Assembly (NCBI GenBank): GCA_038321985.1
Contig: JBBQFN010000007.1
Span: 96,001-160,000, forward strand
Direction of reading: 5' to 3'
Length of the DNA: 64,000 nt
Source: Cyanophyceae cyanobacterium
GTDB taxonomy: Bacteria; Cyanobacteriota; Cyanobacteriia; Cyanobacteriales; Laspinemataceae
The stretch's first letter is position 1, and each line of letters opens with the position of its first letter. The notes beneath the pieces are model-generated. The model was not told where the DNA came from. It was given only the letters and a program-made list of their open reading frames with translations, and ran no database searches. Shown here piece after piece: positions 20,432 through 30,392 of this stretch. The translations under genes and the position numbers were made by a program.

Positions 20432-23400
20432 ATGCTGAATACTATTTTAAAATGGTCGATCGCCCAGCGGTGGTTAGTTGTGATTGGTGCGATAATTGTT
20501 ACAATTTTAGGCATTCATACGATTTCCCAAATGCCCTTAGATGTGTTTCCTAATTTTGCCCCTCCCCAAGTGGAAATTCAAACCGAAGCCCCGGGACTTG
20601 CTCCAGAAGAGGTGGAATCTTTGGTGACATTTCCTATTGAAAGTGCCATTAATGGAACTCCCGGATTAGAAACCGTGCGATCGTCTTCTGGAGTCGGACT
20701 TTCGGTGGTTAAAGTTATTTTTAAATGGGGAACTGATGAGTATCAAGCGCGGCAATTAGTCACCGAACGATTGCAACAAGCAGCCAGCAAATTACCCCAA
20801 GGGGTGGAAACGCCACAAATTTCTCCTATGTCTTCTCCAATTGGAACCATTATTCAATATGCCTTTACGGTGACGGGAGAGGGAGAGACCACTTTAATGG
20901 AGTTAAGAGAATGGGTCGATCGGGATATTACTAATCGATTACTGGCAGTCCGAGGAGTCACCCAAGCGATCGCCTATGGCGGCGATGTTCGGCAATATCA
21001 AGTTTTAGCGGACCCGGTTCAATTACAGGCTTATAATGTCTCTTTAGCTGAAGTTAGAGAGGCAGCCCAAGCCGCGAATACGAATGCTGCTGGGGGTTTT
21101 TTACAAAGTTCAGACCGAGAATTAATCATCCGAGGAATTGGTCGAATAGAATCCCTAGAAGATTTACAAAAATCCGTAGTAACCTCTCGCAATGGTGCGC
21201 CAATTCTGTTAGAAGATGTAGCAGAGGTAAAAATTGGGGCTGCCTTAAAGCGCGGAGATGGAAGCGTGAATGGACAATCTGCCGTGGTAGTGATGGTTAA
21301 TAAACAGCCCCTTGCAGATACCCCCACGGTGACTAAAGCAGTAGAAGCGGCGATCGCAGAAATAAGGCCGAGTTTACCCGCCGATGTTAACGTGATGGTG
21401 ACCTTTCGTCAATCAGATTTTATTGATGCTTCTATTGAAAATGTTAGGGATTCTCTGCGGGATGGAATTATCATTGTTTCGATTATTCTATTTCTATTTT
21501 TAATGAATTGGCGCACGGCGGTGATTACCCTAAGCGCCATTCCCTTATCCTTAATTATTGGATTAATGGTTATGAATCTCTTTGGTCAAGCCATTAACAC
21601 GATGACTTTAGGGGGATTAGCTGTGGCAATTGGATCGGTCGTGGATGATTCAATTGTAGATATGGAAAACTGCTACCGAGGGTTACGAAAAAATCAAGCC
21701 GCAGGCAATCCCATTCCCCCGCTGCAAGTGGTGTATGATACTTCAGTAGAAGTTCGAGTCAGCGTCATATTTTCGACAGTAATTATTGCGGTAGTGTTTG
21801 CCCCAATTTTTACCTTAACCGGAGTAGAAGGGCGAATTTTTGCCCCCATGGGAGTGGCCTATCTTGTTTCAATTTTTGCCTCTACTTTTGTGGCATTAAC
21901 TTTATCTCCGGCGTTATGTGCCTTTTTACTAGCGTCTCAACCGTTACCCGAAGAGGAAACCTGGATTTCACGGGTGGCAGAACAACTTTATCGGCCTTTA
22001 TTGCGGATTTCGATTCAATGGCCGAATCTGATTTTAGGGATAGCTACGGCGGCATTTATTGCTTCTTTGATTATTTTGCCCTCCTTGGGACGGGTGTTTT
22101 TACCCGAGTTTCAGGAACGGTCTTTAGTGAATGCAATGGTACTCTATCCGGGGGTATCTTTAGAAATGACAAATCGGGCAGGGTTGGCGATGCAAAATGC
22201 TCTAAAAGATGACCCGCGCTTTAGTTGGATACAGTTGCGATCGGGACGAGCACCGGGAGATGCCGATGCCGGGGGTGTGACGTTGGGACATTTGGATGTG
22301 GAGTTGAGTGATGAAGGAATTAAAGATCGGGAGGGGGCGATCGCCAAGTTACGGGAAGAATTTGAGAAACTACCCGGGGTTGCCCCCAGCATTGGCGGAT
22401 TTATCTCTCACCGGATGGATGAAGTCCTCTCCGGGGTCAGAAGTGCGATCGCTGTCAAAGTATTTGGTCCCGAACTCCCGGAACTCCGCATTCTTGGGGC
22501 ACAAGTTCGCGATGTAATGAGGGATATTCCGGGGGTGGTAGACTTGCAACTCGAACCCCAAGTCCCCATCCGCCAGGTTCAAATTCACTTTGATCGCCCT
22601 GCTGCTGCCCGATATGGATTAACCGTCGGTCACTTGTCAGACACCCTGGAAACCGCACTTAATGGACGGGTAGTGTCCCAAGTGCTAGAACAACAACAAT
22701 TGTTTGATCTCGTAGTTTGGTTAAAAGAAGACTTCCGCAACAACCTAGAAACAATTCGTAATTTGCTCATAGATACCCCCTCCGGTACTAAAATTCCCCT
22801 CGCCCAAGTTGCCCGGATTGATTATGGCACGGGTCCCAATACAATTAACCGAGAAAATGTTTCTCGATTAATTGTCATTTCCGCTAATGTTTCGGGGAGA
22901 GATTTAGGCAGTATCGTAGAGGAAATTCGAGAAAATGTTCGCCAATCCATGCAACTTCCAGCGGGATACTTTATTCAATATGGCGGCCAATTTGAATCGG
23001 AACAGCGAGCCACTCAAAATTTACTAATTTTTGGCTCATTAGCCCTAGTTGTGATTGCAGTTTTAATGTATTTTGCCGTTAAATCGGTAGCAAGTACCGT
23101 GATGATTATGCTCAATCTCCCCTTAGCAATTACGGGAGGAATTTTTTCGGTGGCATTGGGCGGGGGCGTACTTTCGGTGGCCTCAATGGTGGGATTTATT
23201 ACTTTATTCGGGGTGGCGACCCGCAACGGGCTGTTATTGGTGGATAATTATAATTCTAAACTGGCTGAGGGAATGCCTCTAAAATCTGTAATTTTTCAGG
23301 GTTCAATGGAACGATTGACGGCTATTTTAATGACCGCTTTAACTTCAGCATTGGGGATGTTGCCCCTGGCGATCGGAACGGGGGCAGGAAAGGAGATTTT

Positions 23401-23572
23401 ACAACCCTTAGCCGTGGTTGTATTGGGTGGATTATTTAGTTCTACGGCTTTAACTTTGCTGGTGATTCCCTCGCTTTATTCCCTATTTGGCCGGGGATTA
23501 AAACCTCAACAAGTTTCTAAAACCAGGGAGGAAATGTTTGATGAGGTAACTAAACCCCTCGCGGGTTCTTAA
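20432..23572 (+). CDS. CusA/CzcA-family heavy-metal efflux RND transporter
   Basis: 1046 aa; LDVFP..APPQVEIQTEAPGLAPEEVE, GSVVDDSIVDMEN, ERL.AILMTAL, G.G.EILQPLA.VVLGGL. Confidence 0.95.
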   Translation: MLNTILKWSIAQRWLVVIGAIIVTILGIHTISQMPLDVFPNFAPPQVEIQTEAPGLAPEEVESLVTFPIESAINGTPGLETVRSSSGVGLSVVKVIFKWGTDEYQARQLVTERLQQAASKLPQGVETPQISPMSSPIGTIIQYAFTVTGEGETTLMELREWVDRDITNRLLAVRGVTQAIAYGGDVRQYQVLADPVQLQAYNVSLAEVREAAQAANTNAAGGFLQSSDRELIIRGIGRIESLEDLQKSVVTSRNGAPILLEDVAEVKIGAALKRGDGSVNGQSAVVVMVNKQPLADTPTVTKAVEAAIAEIRPSLPADVNVMVTFRQSDFIDASIENVRDSLRDGIIIVSIILFLFLMNWRTAVITLSAIPLSLIIGLMVMNLFGQAINTMTLGGLAVAIGSVVDDSIVDMENCYRGLRKNQAAGNPIPPLQVVYDTSVEVRVSVIFSTVIIAVVFAPIFTLTGVEGRIFAPMGVAYLVSIFASTFVALTLSPALCAFLLASQPLPEEETWISRVAEQLYRPLLRISIQWPNLILGIATAAFIASLIILPSLGRVFLPEFQERSLVNAMVLYPGVSLEMTNRAGLAMQNALKDDPRFSWIQLRSGRAPGDADAGGVTLGHLDVELSDEGIKDREGAIAKLREEFEKLPGVAPSIGGFISHRMDEVLSGVRSAIAVKVFGPELPELRILGAQVRDVMRDIPGVVDLQLEPQVPIRQVQIHFDRPAAARYGLTVGHLSDTLETALNGRVVSQVLEQQQLFDLVVWLKEDFRNNLETIRNLLIDTPSGTKIPLAQVARIDYGTGPNTINRENVSRLIVISANVSGRDLGSIVEEIRENVRQSMQLPAGYFIQYGGQFESEQRATQNLLIFGSLALVVIAVLMYFAVKSVASTVMIMLNLPLAITGGIFSVALGGGVLSVASMVGFITLFGVATRNGLLLVDNYNSKLAEGMPLKSVIFQGSMERLTAILMTALTSALGMLPLAIGTGAGKEILQPLAVVVLGGLFSSTALTLLVIPSLYSLFGRGLKPQQVSKTREEMFDEVTKPLAGS

Positions 23573-23634
23573 AACGTGAGATTTAAATCGGGATGTAGTC
23601 AATCACTGAATATAATCTAAAAGGAGAAACCAAA

Positions 23635-24117
23635 ATGTGGCGATCGCTCAAATTAGGCTCTATTGCTTTGTGTAATCTCGGATTAATCGGGTTAACCGCC
23701 TGTGGCACAGGGGAAGCCAACCGGAATGTGCTAGAAAATACGATGGAAACCCCCACGGAAACGGCAGTAGCGCCCACTGCAACCCCCCCAGCAGGAAAAC
23801 CTACCCAAGGGGGACAGGTGATTGAAGTGGGTCCGTATCATTTAGAATTGCTGGCATTACCCGAGCCCGGAGGTGTACACCTGGATTTTTATCTGCAAAG
23901 TGGGGATACTCACGAAGCGATTTCCGGTGCTAATGTTACCGCGCAAGTGGAAACGCCGACAGGGGAACAAAAAACCGTAGAACTTCCGTATGATGCAGCG
24001 GGGGAACACTACGCGGCTTTTCTACCTGTAGAAGTCTCCGGTGAGTATAAGGTTGCAATTCTCACGGATATTCAGGGGGAAAAAGTCAATGGTCGGTTTA
24101 CGTTTAATCAGCAGTAA
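23635..24117 (+). CDS. Periplasmic lipoprotein with His-containing Ig-like (YtkA-like) domain; last gene of the RND operon
   Basis: RBS AAGGAG; lipobox LTAC (Cys23); His in YHLEL, VHLDF, THE and EHY. Confidence 0.75.
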   Translation: MWRSLKLGSIALCNLGLIGLTACGTGEANRNVLENTMETPTETAVAPTATPPAGKPTQGGQVIEVGPYHLELLALPEPGGVHLDFYLQSGDTHEAISGANVTAQVETPTGEQKTVELPYDAAGEHYAAFLPVEVSGEYKVAILTDIQGEKVNGRFTFNQQ

Positions 24118-24254
24118 TCCCGGACCCCGTGGGTAAAAGACCCCTTTAAATTCGCCCTTATCCCAAACATGATTTCAAAGGCGGTTTTCTCTTGATGCTG
24201 TGGTGGAGGAGCTTCTGCCCTTATATCGGCACTATGCAGGGGTGTCAGTTTTAT

Positions 24255-24290
24255 AAAAAAAAGCTCAGATACTTAGTATCTGAGCTTTTT
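24255..24290. terminator. Bidirectional intrinsic terminator between the RND operon and rbp
   Basis: A-tract, AGCTCAGATAC / GTATCTGAGCT stem, T-tract. Confidence 0.85.
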
Positions 24291-24332
24291 CTTATTCACT
24301 ATTCAGGCGAGGATGATACGCCTTAGATTAGT

Positions 24333-24647
24333 TTAGAAGCGACGAGAAAAGTTGTTACGACGACCACCGCCGCCGCCACCGCCGCCCCCAAAGGAGCCTC
24401 GGTCTTCACGGGGTTTAGCCTTGTTAACTTTCATATCGCGACCCATCCATTCCGCACCATCCAGGGCTTCAATGGCTGCGGTTTCTTCAGTTTCTGTGGA
24501 CATTTCCACAAACGCAAATCCGCGCACGCGTCCGGTTTCCCGGTCGGTTGGCAAATTCACGCGCTTAACAGAGCCGTATTCTGCGAATACGGCGCTCAGA
24601 TCTTCTTGGGTTACTTCGTAAGAAAGATTACCAACGTAAATAGACAT
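24333..24647 (-). CDS. rbp: RRM RNA-binding protein with Gly-rich tail (cold-inducible Rbp class)
   Basis: RNP2 IYVGNL, RNP1 RGFAFVEM, C-terminal poly-Gly. Confidence 0.95.
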   Translation of the reverse strand: MSIYVGNLSYEVTQEDLSAVFAEYGSVKRVNLPTDRETGRVRGFAFVEMSTETEETAAIEALDGAEWMGRDMKVNKAKPREDRGSFGGGGGGGGGRRNNFSRRF

Positions 24648-24657
24648 TTATGGACGA

Positions 24658-24761
24658 TCTCCAAAATTCAACGGATGTAGAGGTCAAGTTTTCGGAGAGA
24701 AGCCTGTCCAGACGAAAGGGAGAAATACCTATCAATACTCGAAACAAACACTGCAACCGAA
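24658..24761 (-). promoter_or_regulatory. Conserved rbp 5' UTR elements (box III, box II, box I, RBS)
   Basis: Minus strand: TTCGGTTG (24761-24754), TTTGTTTCGAGT (24748-24737), TCTCCGAA (24698-24691), TTTGGAGA (24665-24658); these match the boxes described for cold-regulated Anabaena rbp genes. Confidence 0.75.
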
Positions 24762-25188
24762 TTTCAATCTCATCCATAAGAATAGCACAGTTTTTTCAGT
24801 TTGGGGAAAGCCATTGATAATTTTTCGTGAAACTCCCTGAAGCCTTTTACCAGCAAGGATTTGAGCAACTTCAATTTAGAGGCGATCGCCTCTAAATCGG
24901 TTGCAAATTTCGCCCCATCAACTCCTGAACCGTAAAAATCCCGCAACGGTTGCGAGGTCATTTTGGGAACCGCTTCCCCCTGAACCCTGAGTAGCTGACG
25001 CTGGAAAAGATAGGGAGATAGCACCTAGACACCTCTATATATCTCCTGTCCTGTGAACTCTCAACTCACCTTCGTCTCCAATCTTTTAGCATTTCTGGTA
25101 AACTCTGTGTCAAAGTCCGGTTAGGATAATTGCTGAGGCGAAAGACTGACCATGACCTAGAAATACTTCTGTATATGGAGGAAAAAAA

Positions 25189-25653
25189 ATGTGTGTATCC
25201 TGTCTGTTGCTCTCCACTCTGATGATCTTTACACCAGCACAAGCAGTTGACCAAAACCCAGATAGTATCTCCATCCCTACTTACAATCAGGAATCATCCT
25301 CTGTAGTCGCTCAAGAAAATCAAGCGGCGATCGCCACGTTACTCAACAAACTTCCCGACTCACCGGAGTTAGAACCCTTACGGGCTGAACTCAACAGCCT
25401 CTACTCCGAGTTAGCATTAGCTCAGGATGATGCTGAAGCCGATCTCGCCCTTGATCGCGCCGTGGAAGCAGTTCGCGATCGCTTTATTGATAATCCCAAT
25501 GTCGGACAAATCCGGGCAATTCTCATGGACTTACGGGAGGCAGAGTACGAAAAACTCTCCGGGGATCTGTCTTCCCTTCTATTTCCTCAAAAAACCGCTT
25601 CGTCCCTAAATCTACTCCATTCCCAGGGCAGTCAATGGGGTTGGCTGTCCTAA
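25189..25653 (+). CDS. Hypothetical secreted helical protein
   Basis: GGAGG RBS; signal-like CLLLSTLMIFTPAQA; acidic helical body. Confidence 0.6.
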   Translation: MCVSCLLLSTLMIFTPAQAVDQNPDSISIPTYNQESSSVVAQENQAAIATLLNKLPDSPELEPLRAELNSLYSELALAQDDAEADLALDRAVEAVRDRFIDNPNVGQIRAILMDLREAEYEKLSGDLSSLLFPQKTASSLNLLHSQGSQWGWLS

Positions 25654-25765
25654 GCAATCCCCCTCTTTCGGGTGTTCTATATAGTCTATCGGTAGGGAGA
25701 TCACAGACACTGGTATCAAGGGTGATCACACTTGATTACTATAGCTTGTAGCCTAAGTCTAGATC

Positions 25766-25796
25766 TCCCTAAATCCCCTTTAAAAAGGGGGACTTT
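25766..25796. repeat. Short palindromic dispersed repeat (CCCTAAATCCCCTTTAAAAAGGGGGACTTT type)
   Basis: TCCCCTTT/AAAGGGGGA hairpin; resembles a repeat family common in cyanobacterial intergenic DNA (from recall). Confidence 0.55.
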
Positions 25797-26281
25797 GAAG
25801 ATCCGGCTTTCCATGGCACAAAACCTTAATTCCTTTAACTCCCCCCGTCTTGTCAGGGAGCGCCACGGAAAGTATAGAAAGACTCCGGCTCAGAAACTCA
25901 GCAGCGCATTACATTTAAAGATTGACACCGATGGAGCAGAGGCTCCTACTAAAGAAGCACCGCGGTGCTTCTTTTTTTTACGGCAATCAAATTTCTGCCT
26001 AAAACTCTTGACATTTTACATTTTTTATGATTTATTTTGACTCCCTAACCAGGACCTGTCCGATTTAACTTTTCATTTGCCGGACAGGGGGAGTGCAACT
26101 TTTCTGCAAAAGACGGGTCAGAACACCCATATAATCAGGAAAAATCAATGGGGCTGAGCAGGACTTCAGATTTCGTGACCCCTGGAGTCCTCCAAAAAAT
26201 TTTCCAATTAAAATTTTACCAACCCCATAAAAATATGGTATTCTGGCTAACATCATCTTACAAACGTCTCCCAAAAGAAAG

Positions 26282-27169
26282 ATGTCAAAGTTCATAACTT
26301 GTGCTAAGGGCCTAGAGGTTGAGTTTTTCTTTCGTAAAGGATTGAGCCTGAGTGAAGAGGGAAACTATACAGGAGCGATCGCCAGTTACGACAAAGCCTT
26401 AGAACTAGAAGCCGATGCCGATGAAATCTGGTACTGTAGAGGCAACGCCCTCTACAACTTGGGGCGGACCAAGCCAGCCATCTATAGCTACGACATGGCG
26501 CTAGAGCTAAATCCGGGCTGTTACCAAGCCCTGATCAATCGTGGCAATGCCCTCGATGATAGTGGGCGTCACCAAGAAGCCGTGGAGAGCTACGATCGCG
26601 TCTTACGCCTTAAACCAGACCATCACCGCACGTGGAACAATCGCGGCATAGCACTAGGGAACTTAGGCAAATATGAGGAAGCGATCGCCAGCTATGATCG
26701 GGCGATCGAATTCAAACCTGACTATTCCAGAGCCTGGTATCATCGAGGACTGGCCCTCAAAACCATGGGACTGACCGAAAAAACCCTGGCTTGTTACGAC
26801 AAAGCCCTCGCCTCACAACCGGATTTCTACGAAGTGTGGAACAATCGTGGGAACACTTTATACTTGTTGAAGCGATATTTAGAAGCGATTTCTAGCTACG
26901 ATAAAGCAGTACAAGCATTCCCCAAATATCATTGGGCTTGGTACAATCGGGGCGTTGTTCTCCAAGAACTCAATCGCAACGAAGAAGCAATTATTAGTCT
27001 GGACAAAGCCGTAGAAATCAATCCCAAAAATGCCGAAGCCTGGTATTATCGGGCCTTGGCCCTGGATGCCTTAGACTGTACCCGTAGTGCTGCTGCCAGT
27101 TATGACAAAGCCTACGAACTCAAACCCAACTTGAATATCCAAACCTCTACCAGCGAAAATATCTCCTAG
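26282..27169 (+). CDS. Tetratricopeptide repeat protein
   Basis: About eight 34-aa W.NRG.AL..LG.Y.EAI.SYD.A repeats. Confidence 0.92.
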   Translation: MSKFITCAKGLEVEFFFRKGLSLSEEGNYTGAIASYDKALELEADADEIWYCRGNALYNLGRTKPAIYSYDMALELNPGCYQALINRGNALDDSGRHQEAVESYDRVLRLKPDHHRTWNNRGIALGNLGKYEEAIASYDRAIEFKPDYSRAWYHRGLALKTMGLTEKTLACYDKALASQPDFYEVWNNRGNTLYLLKRYLEAISSYDKAVQAFPKYHWAWYNRGVVLQELNRNEEAIISLDKAVEINPKNAEAWYYRALALDALDCTRSAAASYDKAYELKPNLNIQTSTSENIS

Positions 27170-27308
27170 ATTCCAAACGACTCAGCCGACAAAGCTAAAT
27201 CGCCCCTTAATGGCCCCCTAATCCTAAAAAATACCCCAAAAATTAATTCTCTCGGTTCCTAGAAAATCTGAGAAATCTGCATAATCAGTGGCTACCTGAA
27301 CCCCTAAC

Positions 27309-28373
27309 ATGGCAAAAACCGGCTACACCCTACCCGTTTTCGCCGTTGCTGCGGCGAAAGCGGCCCTGATGCTGCTATCTCCCGGTGCAGAGGCCCCAAA
27401 AACTGTAACCCTCGACCTAATTCCAGAAACCGTCGAGATTCCCATCGCCCAAATCGCCCAACTCGATGCCAACTCTGCCCTTGCCATCACCCTGAGTGAT
27501 CCCGGGGAGAATCTCGACTTGACCCGAAATACGCCCATTTGGGCTTGGGTCAAATGCACCCCCCGCCAAACCCAATCTTTAATCCTAGAAGCCGGGGAAG
27601 GATTGGGCAAAACCAAAAACGGGGAACCCGCCATTTATCACTATGCGCGGCAACTGTTTGAGCGAAATTTATTACCCTTAATTCCTGAGGATAAAACCGT
27701 CATTGTCTCCGTAATTTTACCGGAAGGACGACAGCTTGCTAACCGAACTTCTAACGCTGCCTTTGGCATTTTAGAAGGATTAGCCTTATTAGGGACCAGT
27801 GGAATTTCTCAACCCCTCTCGTCTGCGGATCATCTTGACGAATTTCGCCAAGATTTACAGGCAAAGGTTAAAAATTCCCCTCATTTAACCTTGTGCATCG
27901 GCAGTAACGGACGTACCGTCGCCCAGGGGTTAGGAATTCCAGAATCAGCCATAGTCCAAGCTGGAAACTGGATCGGTGCGCTGTTAGTAGAAGCTGGATT
28001 GCGTGGGGCTCAATCGGTCCTATTAATTGGATATCACGGGAAACTGATTAAGCTAGCGGGGGGAATTTTTAATACCTCCAGTCACATTGCTGATGCCAAA
28101 CTAGAAATTCTCAGTGCGGCAGTGGTTCGGGCGGGGGGAGATAGGGCGACCCTAGAAGCGGTATTAAATGCTAAAACTGCCGATGCCGCCTATTTTGAAA
28201 TTAAAGAACGAGGACTAGCTGAGTTAGTCTTTAATAACTTAGCCGAAAAAATTAGTCACAATGCGAAGAATTATGTTAAAAAATATGCCGATACTTCTTT
28301 AGAAATTGGCACGATTTTATTTGACCGCAAAGGGGAGATTATTACTCAAAATAAAGCCGTTCCTGGGGGATAA
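27309..28373 (+). CDS. cbiD: Cobalt-precorrin-5B C1-methyltransferase
   Basis: GYTLPVFA.AAAKAA, RTSN.AFGILEGL.LLGTSG, GYHGKLIKLAGGIF.T. Confidence 0.93.
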   Translation: MAKTGYTLPVFAVAAAKAALMLLSPGAEAPKTVTLDLIPETVEIPIAQIAQLDANSALAITLSDPGENLDLTRNTPIWAWVKCTPRQTQSLILEAGEGLGKTKNGEPAIYHYARQLFERNLLPLIPEDKTVIVSVILPEGRQLANRTSNAAFGILEGLALLGTSGISQPLSSADHLDEFRQDLQAKVKNSPHLTLCIGSNGRTVAQGLGIPESAIVQAGNWIGALLVEAGLRGAQSVLLIGYHGKLIKLAGGIFNTSSHIADAKLEILSAAVVRAGGDRATLEAVLNAKTADAAYFEIKERGLAELVFNNLAEKISHNAKNYVKKYADTSLEIGTILFDRKGEIITQNKAVPGG

Positions 28374-28404
28374 CCCCTGAAGGGGTCAGCTAGGTGGTAA
28401 CAAC

Positions 28405-28860
28405 CTACCACCGATCGCGATCGCCCATGATATTCTCTCGGCTTTGGGGCTGAAACGGGGATATCGGTTCCCTCCCAGAATGCCGCAACAAAACAAAGGG
28501 AATGGTCAGAATCCCGACAATCATCACCGTTGCGGCGGTTAACCATACCATCCAGCGACTCGCACGATAGGCACTGAATTCGATTTGTTGAAAAACCCGA
28601 TTGTAGCGCCAGACAGATAAGGGAATAAAAATAATTCCCATAATTACCAATGCTACGCCTAGGGTTTGGGAATTAATCTCGATCGCCCTTACGGAGTCTG
28701 GTTCGCCCGTGACACTGGCTTGTAACTCCCGCAAAAATAAACCAAAGCGAGCGATCGCAAATCCAAAACCAATCATGCCAATGGATGTTCGTAACCAAGC
28801 CAAAAACGTTCGTTCGTTAGCTTGATGTTCTCGCTGGCGGTCTATTTTTTCCGGAGTCAT
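28405..28860 (-). CDS. DUF202/YidH family membrane protein
   Basis: REHQANERTFLAWLRTSI motif, three TM helices; ATG 28860 preferred. Confidence 0.88.
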   Translation of the reverse strand: MTPEKIDRQREHQANERTFLAWLRTSIGMIGFGFAIARFGLFLRELQASVTGEPDSVRAIEINSQTLGVALVIMGIIFIPLSVWRYNRVFQQIEFSAYRASRWMVWLTAATVMIVGILTIPFVLLRHSGREPISPFQPQSRENIMGDRDRW

Positions 28861-28987
28861 TGCGTTTCTTTTTAACTCGCTTGAAACTTGCCGATATAGC
28901 ACTCCCTTAAACAGTGCGATCGCCTCCAAATCGAAGAAGCGATCGCACCATTTCTATTGCTTCTTGGGAACTTCCCACCCAGCCTTT

Positions 28988-29479
28988 TTACCGATAGTTG
29001 GTAAATTGCAAAGCCACCGGCCAATCTTCTTGCTTAATCACTTGCATAGCCTCTTGTAGGTCATCTTTCGACTTACTCGAAACCCGAACTGTATCGCCTT
29101 GAATCGAGCCTTGGACCTTTTTTAATTCATCCCGGAGTAACTTAGTAATTTGTTTTCCCACTTCTTGGGCGATGCCTTTTTTGAGCTTAATTACCTGACG
29201 GATTCGGTTACCGCTGGCGGATTCCTCCTTGCCATACTCAAAAATTTTCAACGATAAATTCCGCTTAACCGCTTTCTGCTGCAGAACCGATTGAACCGCC
29301 TCTAACGTCATATTACTATTAGTATTGATGACAATTTCATCATCCCCAAGTTCAACGGTGGTATTGGTATCTTTCAAGTCGTAACGACTGGTAATTTCGC
29401 GATTGGTTTGGTCTATTGTATTAACGAGTTCCTGGCGGTCAAAATCGCTGACAATATCAAAAGAATACGTTGAAGCCAT
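28988..29479 (-). CDS. yajQ: YajQ family nucleotide / c-di-GMP-binding protein
   Basis: [39 protein letters not shown]. Confidence 0.95.
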   Translation of the reverse strand: MASTYSFDIVSDFDRQELVNTIDQTNREITSRYDLKDTNTTVELGDDEIVINTNSNMTLEAVQSVLQQKAVKRNLSLKIFEYGKEESASGNRIRQVIKLKKGIAQEVGKQITKLLRDELKKVQGSIQGDTVRVSSKSKDDLQEAMQVIKQEDWPVALQFTNYR

Positions 29480-29519
29480 GAATAAGACGTGATTAATTAT
29501 CTGTACAACTAGAAATTAC

Positions 29520-29692
29520 TAGAACATAAAACCACTCGAAGAGGGGGACAAACTGCCAGTGCCAAACATCAGCGATCGCATCCCTAAGTTCGTATAGTAA
29601 CTTCGTTAAAGAACTATGACGAACCGATGAGCCTGGAGGCCATTGCCTGGGAGTTTTTAAACAATAACTGACAGAGGCAACGGCAGTTTCAT
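29520..29692 (-). pseudogene. Probable relic of a MAPEG-family gene with internal deletion
   Basis: Minus strand ATG 29692 gives MKLPLPLSVIV*; downstream fragment MRSLMFGTGSL (29581-29549); both resemble the termini of cyanobacterial MAPEG proteins usually found at this position. Confidence 0.5.
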
Positions 29693-29804
29693 CTCTTCTT
29701 CGATGGATAATTTTAGAGGAAAGAGTGAGCAGACACAGGCGTATCCAAACGCAAATAGAGTGGAAATTGGATAGAGGGTCAAGCCTAACTGAAAGAGGAT
29801 GCCC

Positions 29805-30311
29805 TTAATCAAAATAAAACAACGTCACAAGTCGGCGTTGTTCTTCCGCATCCTGGCAAGTTTGCAGCAAAGTATGGCTATCATGGAACGCAAAGCAGAT
29901 CAACTGCTGACAGCGAGACACAATTTCCAAATTGCACAAAGCGCTAGCTTCCCCTAAAGACAGATGGTCATTAGCGGGATTTTCCACCAAGTGGACCACC
30001 TTTTCGAGTTGCTTACGCGACTCCGGGGGTTGACGATCCAGGCTTTGGGGCAAGATCACCGTCAGCATATTTGGATCGGCCTTCATCGCTCCTTTAATAG
30101 CAGCAGAATTAGTGCCGGTGGCACCGGATGTCAGAATCCGATTCCCTTCTAATACCAAGGCATAGGTCATCCGCTCAATTAGAGCCTGATGGGTAATCGG
30201 AACATGACGGGAACCCAAGAGGGAAATCCGCTTAGAACCCGTTTGCTGGATCGAGGCCAGTTCTTGCGCCAGAGTGTCGATCCCGGGTGATGTGTCTATT
30301 GATTGACTCAA
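29805..30311 (-). CDS. DNA recombination-mediator protein A (DprA/SMF-like Rossmann fold) family protein
   Basis: LAQELA.IQQTGSKRI.LLGSRHVPITH, TSGATGTN.A, ICFAFHDS.TLL, LFYFD. Confidence 0.85.
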   Translation of the reverse strand: MSQSIDTSPGIDTLAQELASIQQTGSKRISLLGSRHVPITHQALIERMTYALVLEGNRILTSGATGTNSAAIKGAMKADPNMLTVILPQSLDRQPPESRKQLEKVVHLVENPANDHLSLGEASALCNLEIVSRCQQLICFAFHDSHTLLQTCQDAEEQRRLVTLFYFD

Positions 30312-30392
30312 AGACGGTATTGAAATAACTAGAACAACGGAGTTATTTTAGCAAACATAAGACCATCTACGATAAATAGATTGAGAATAGCC

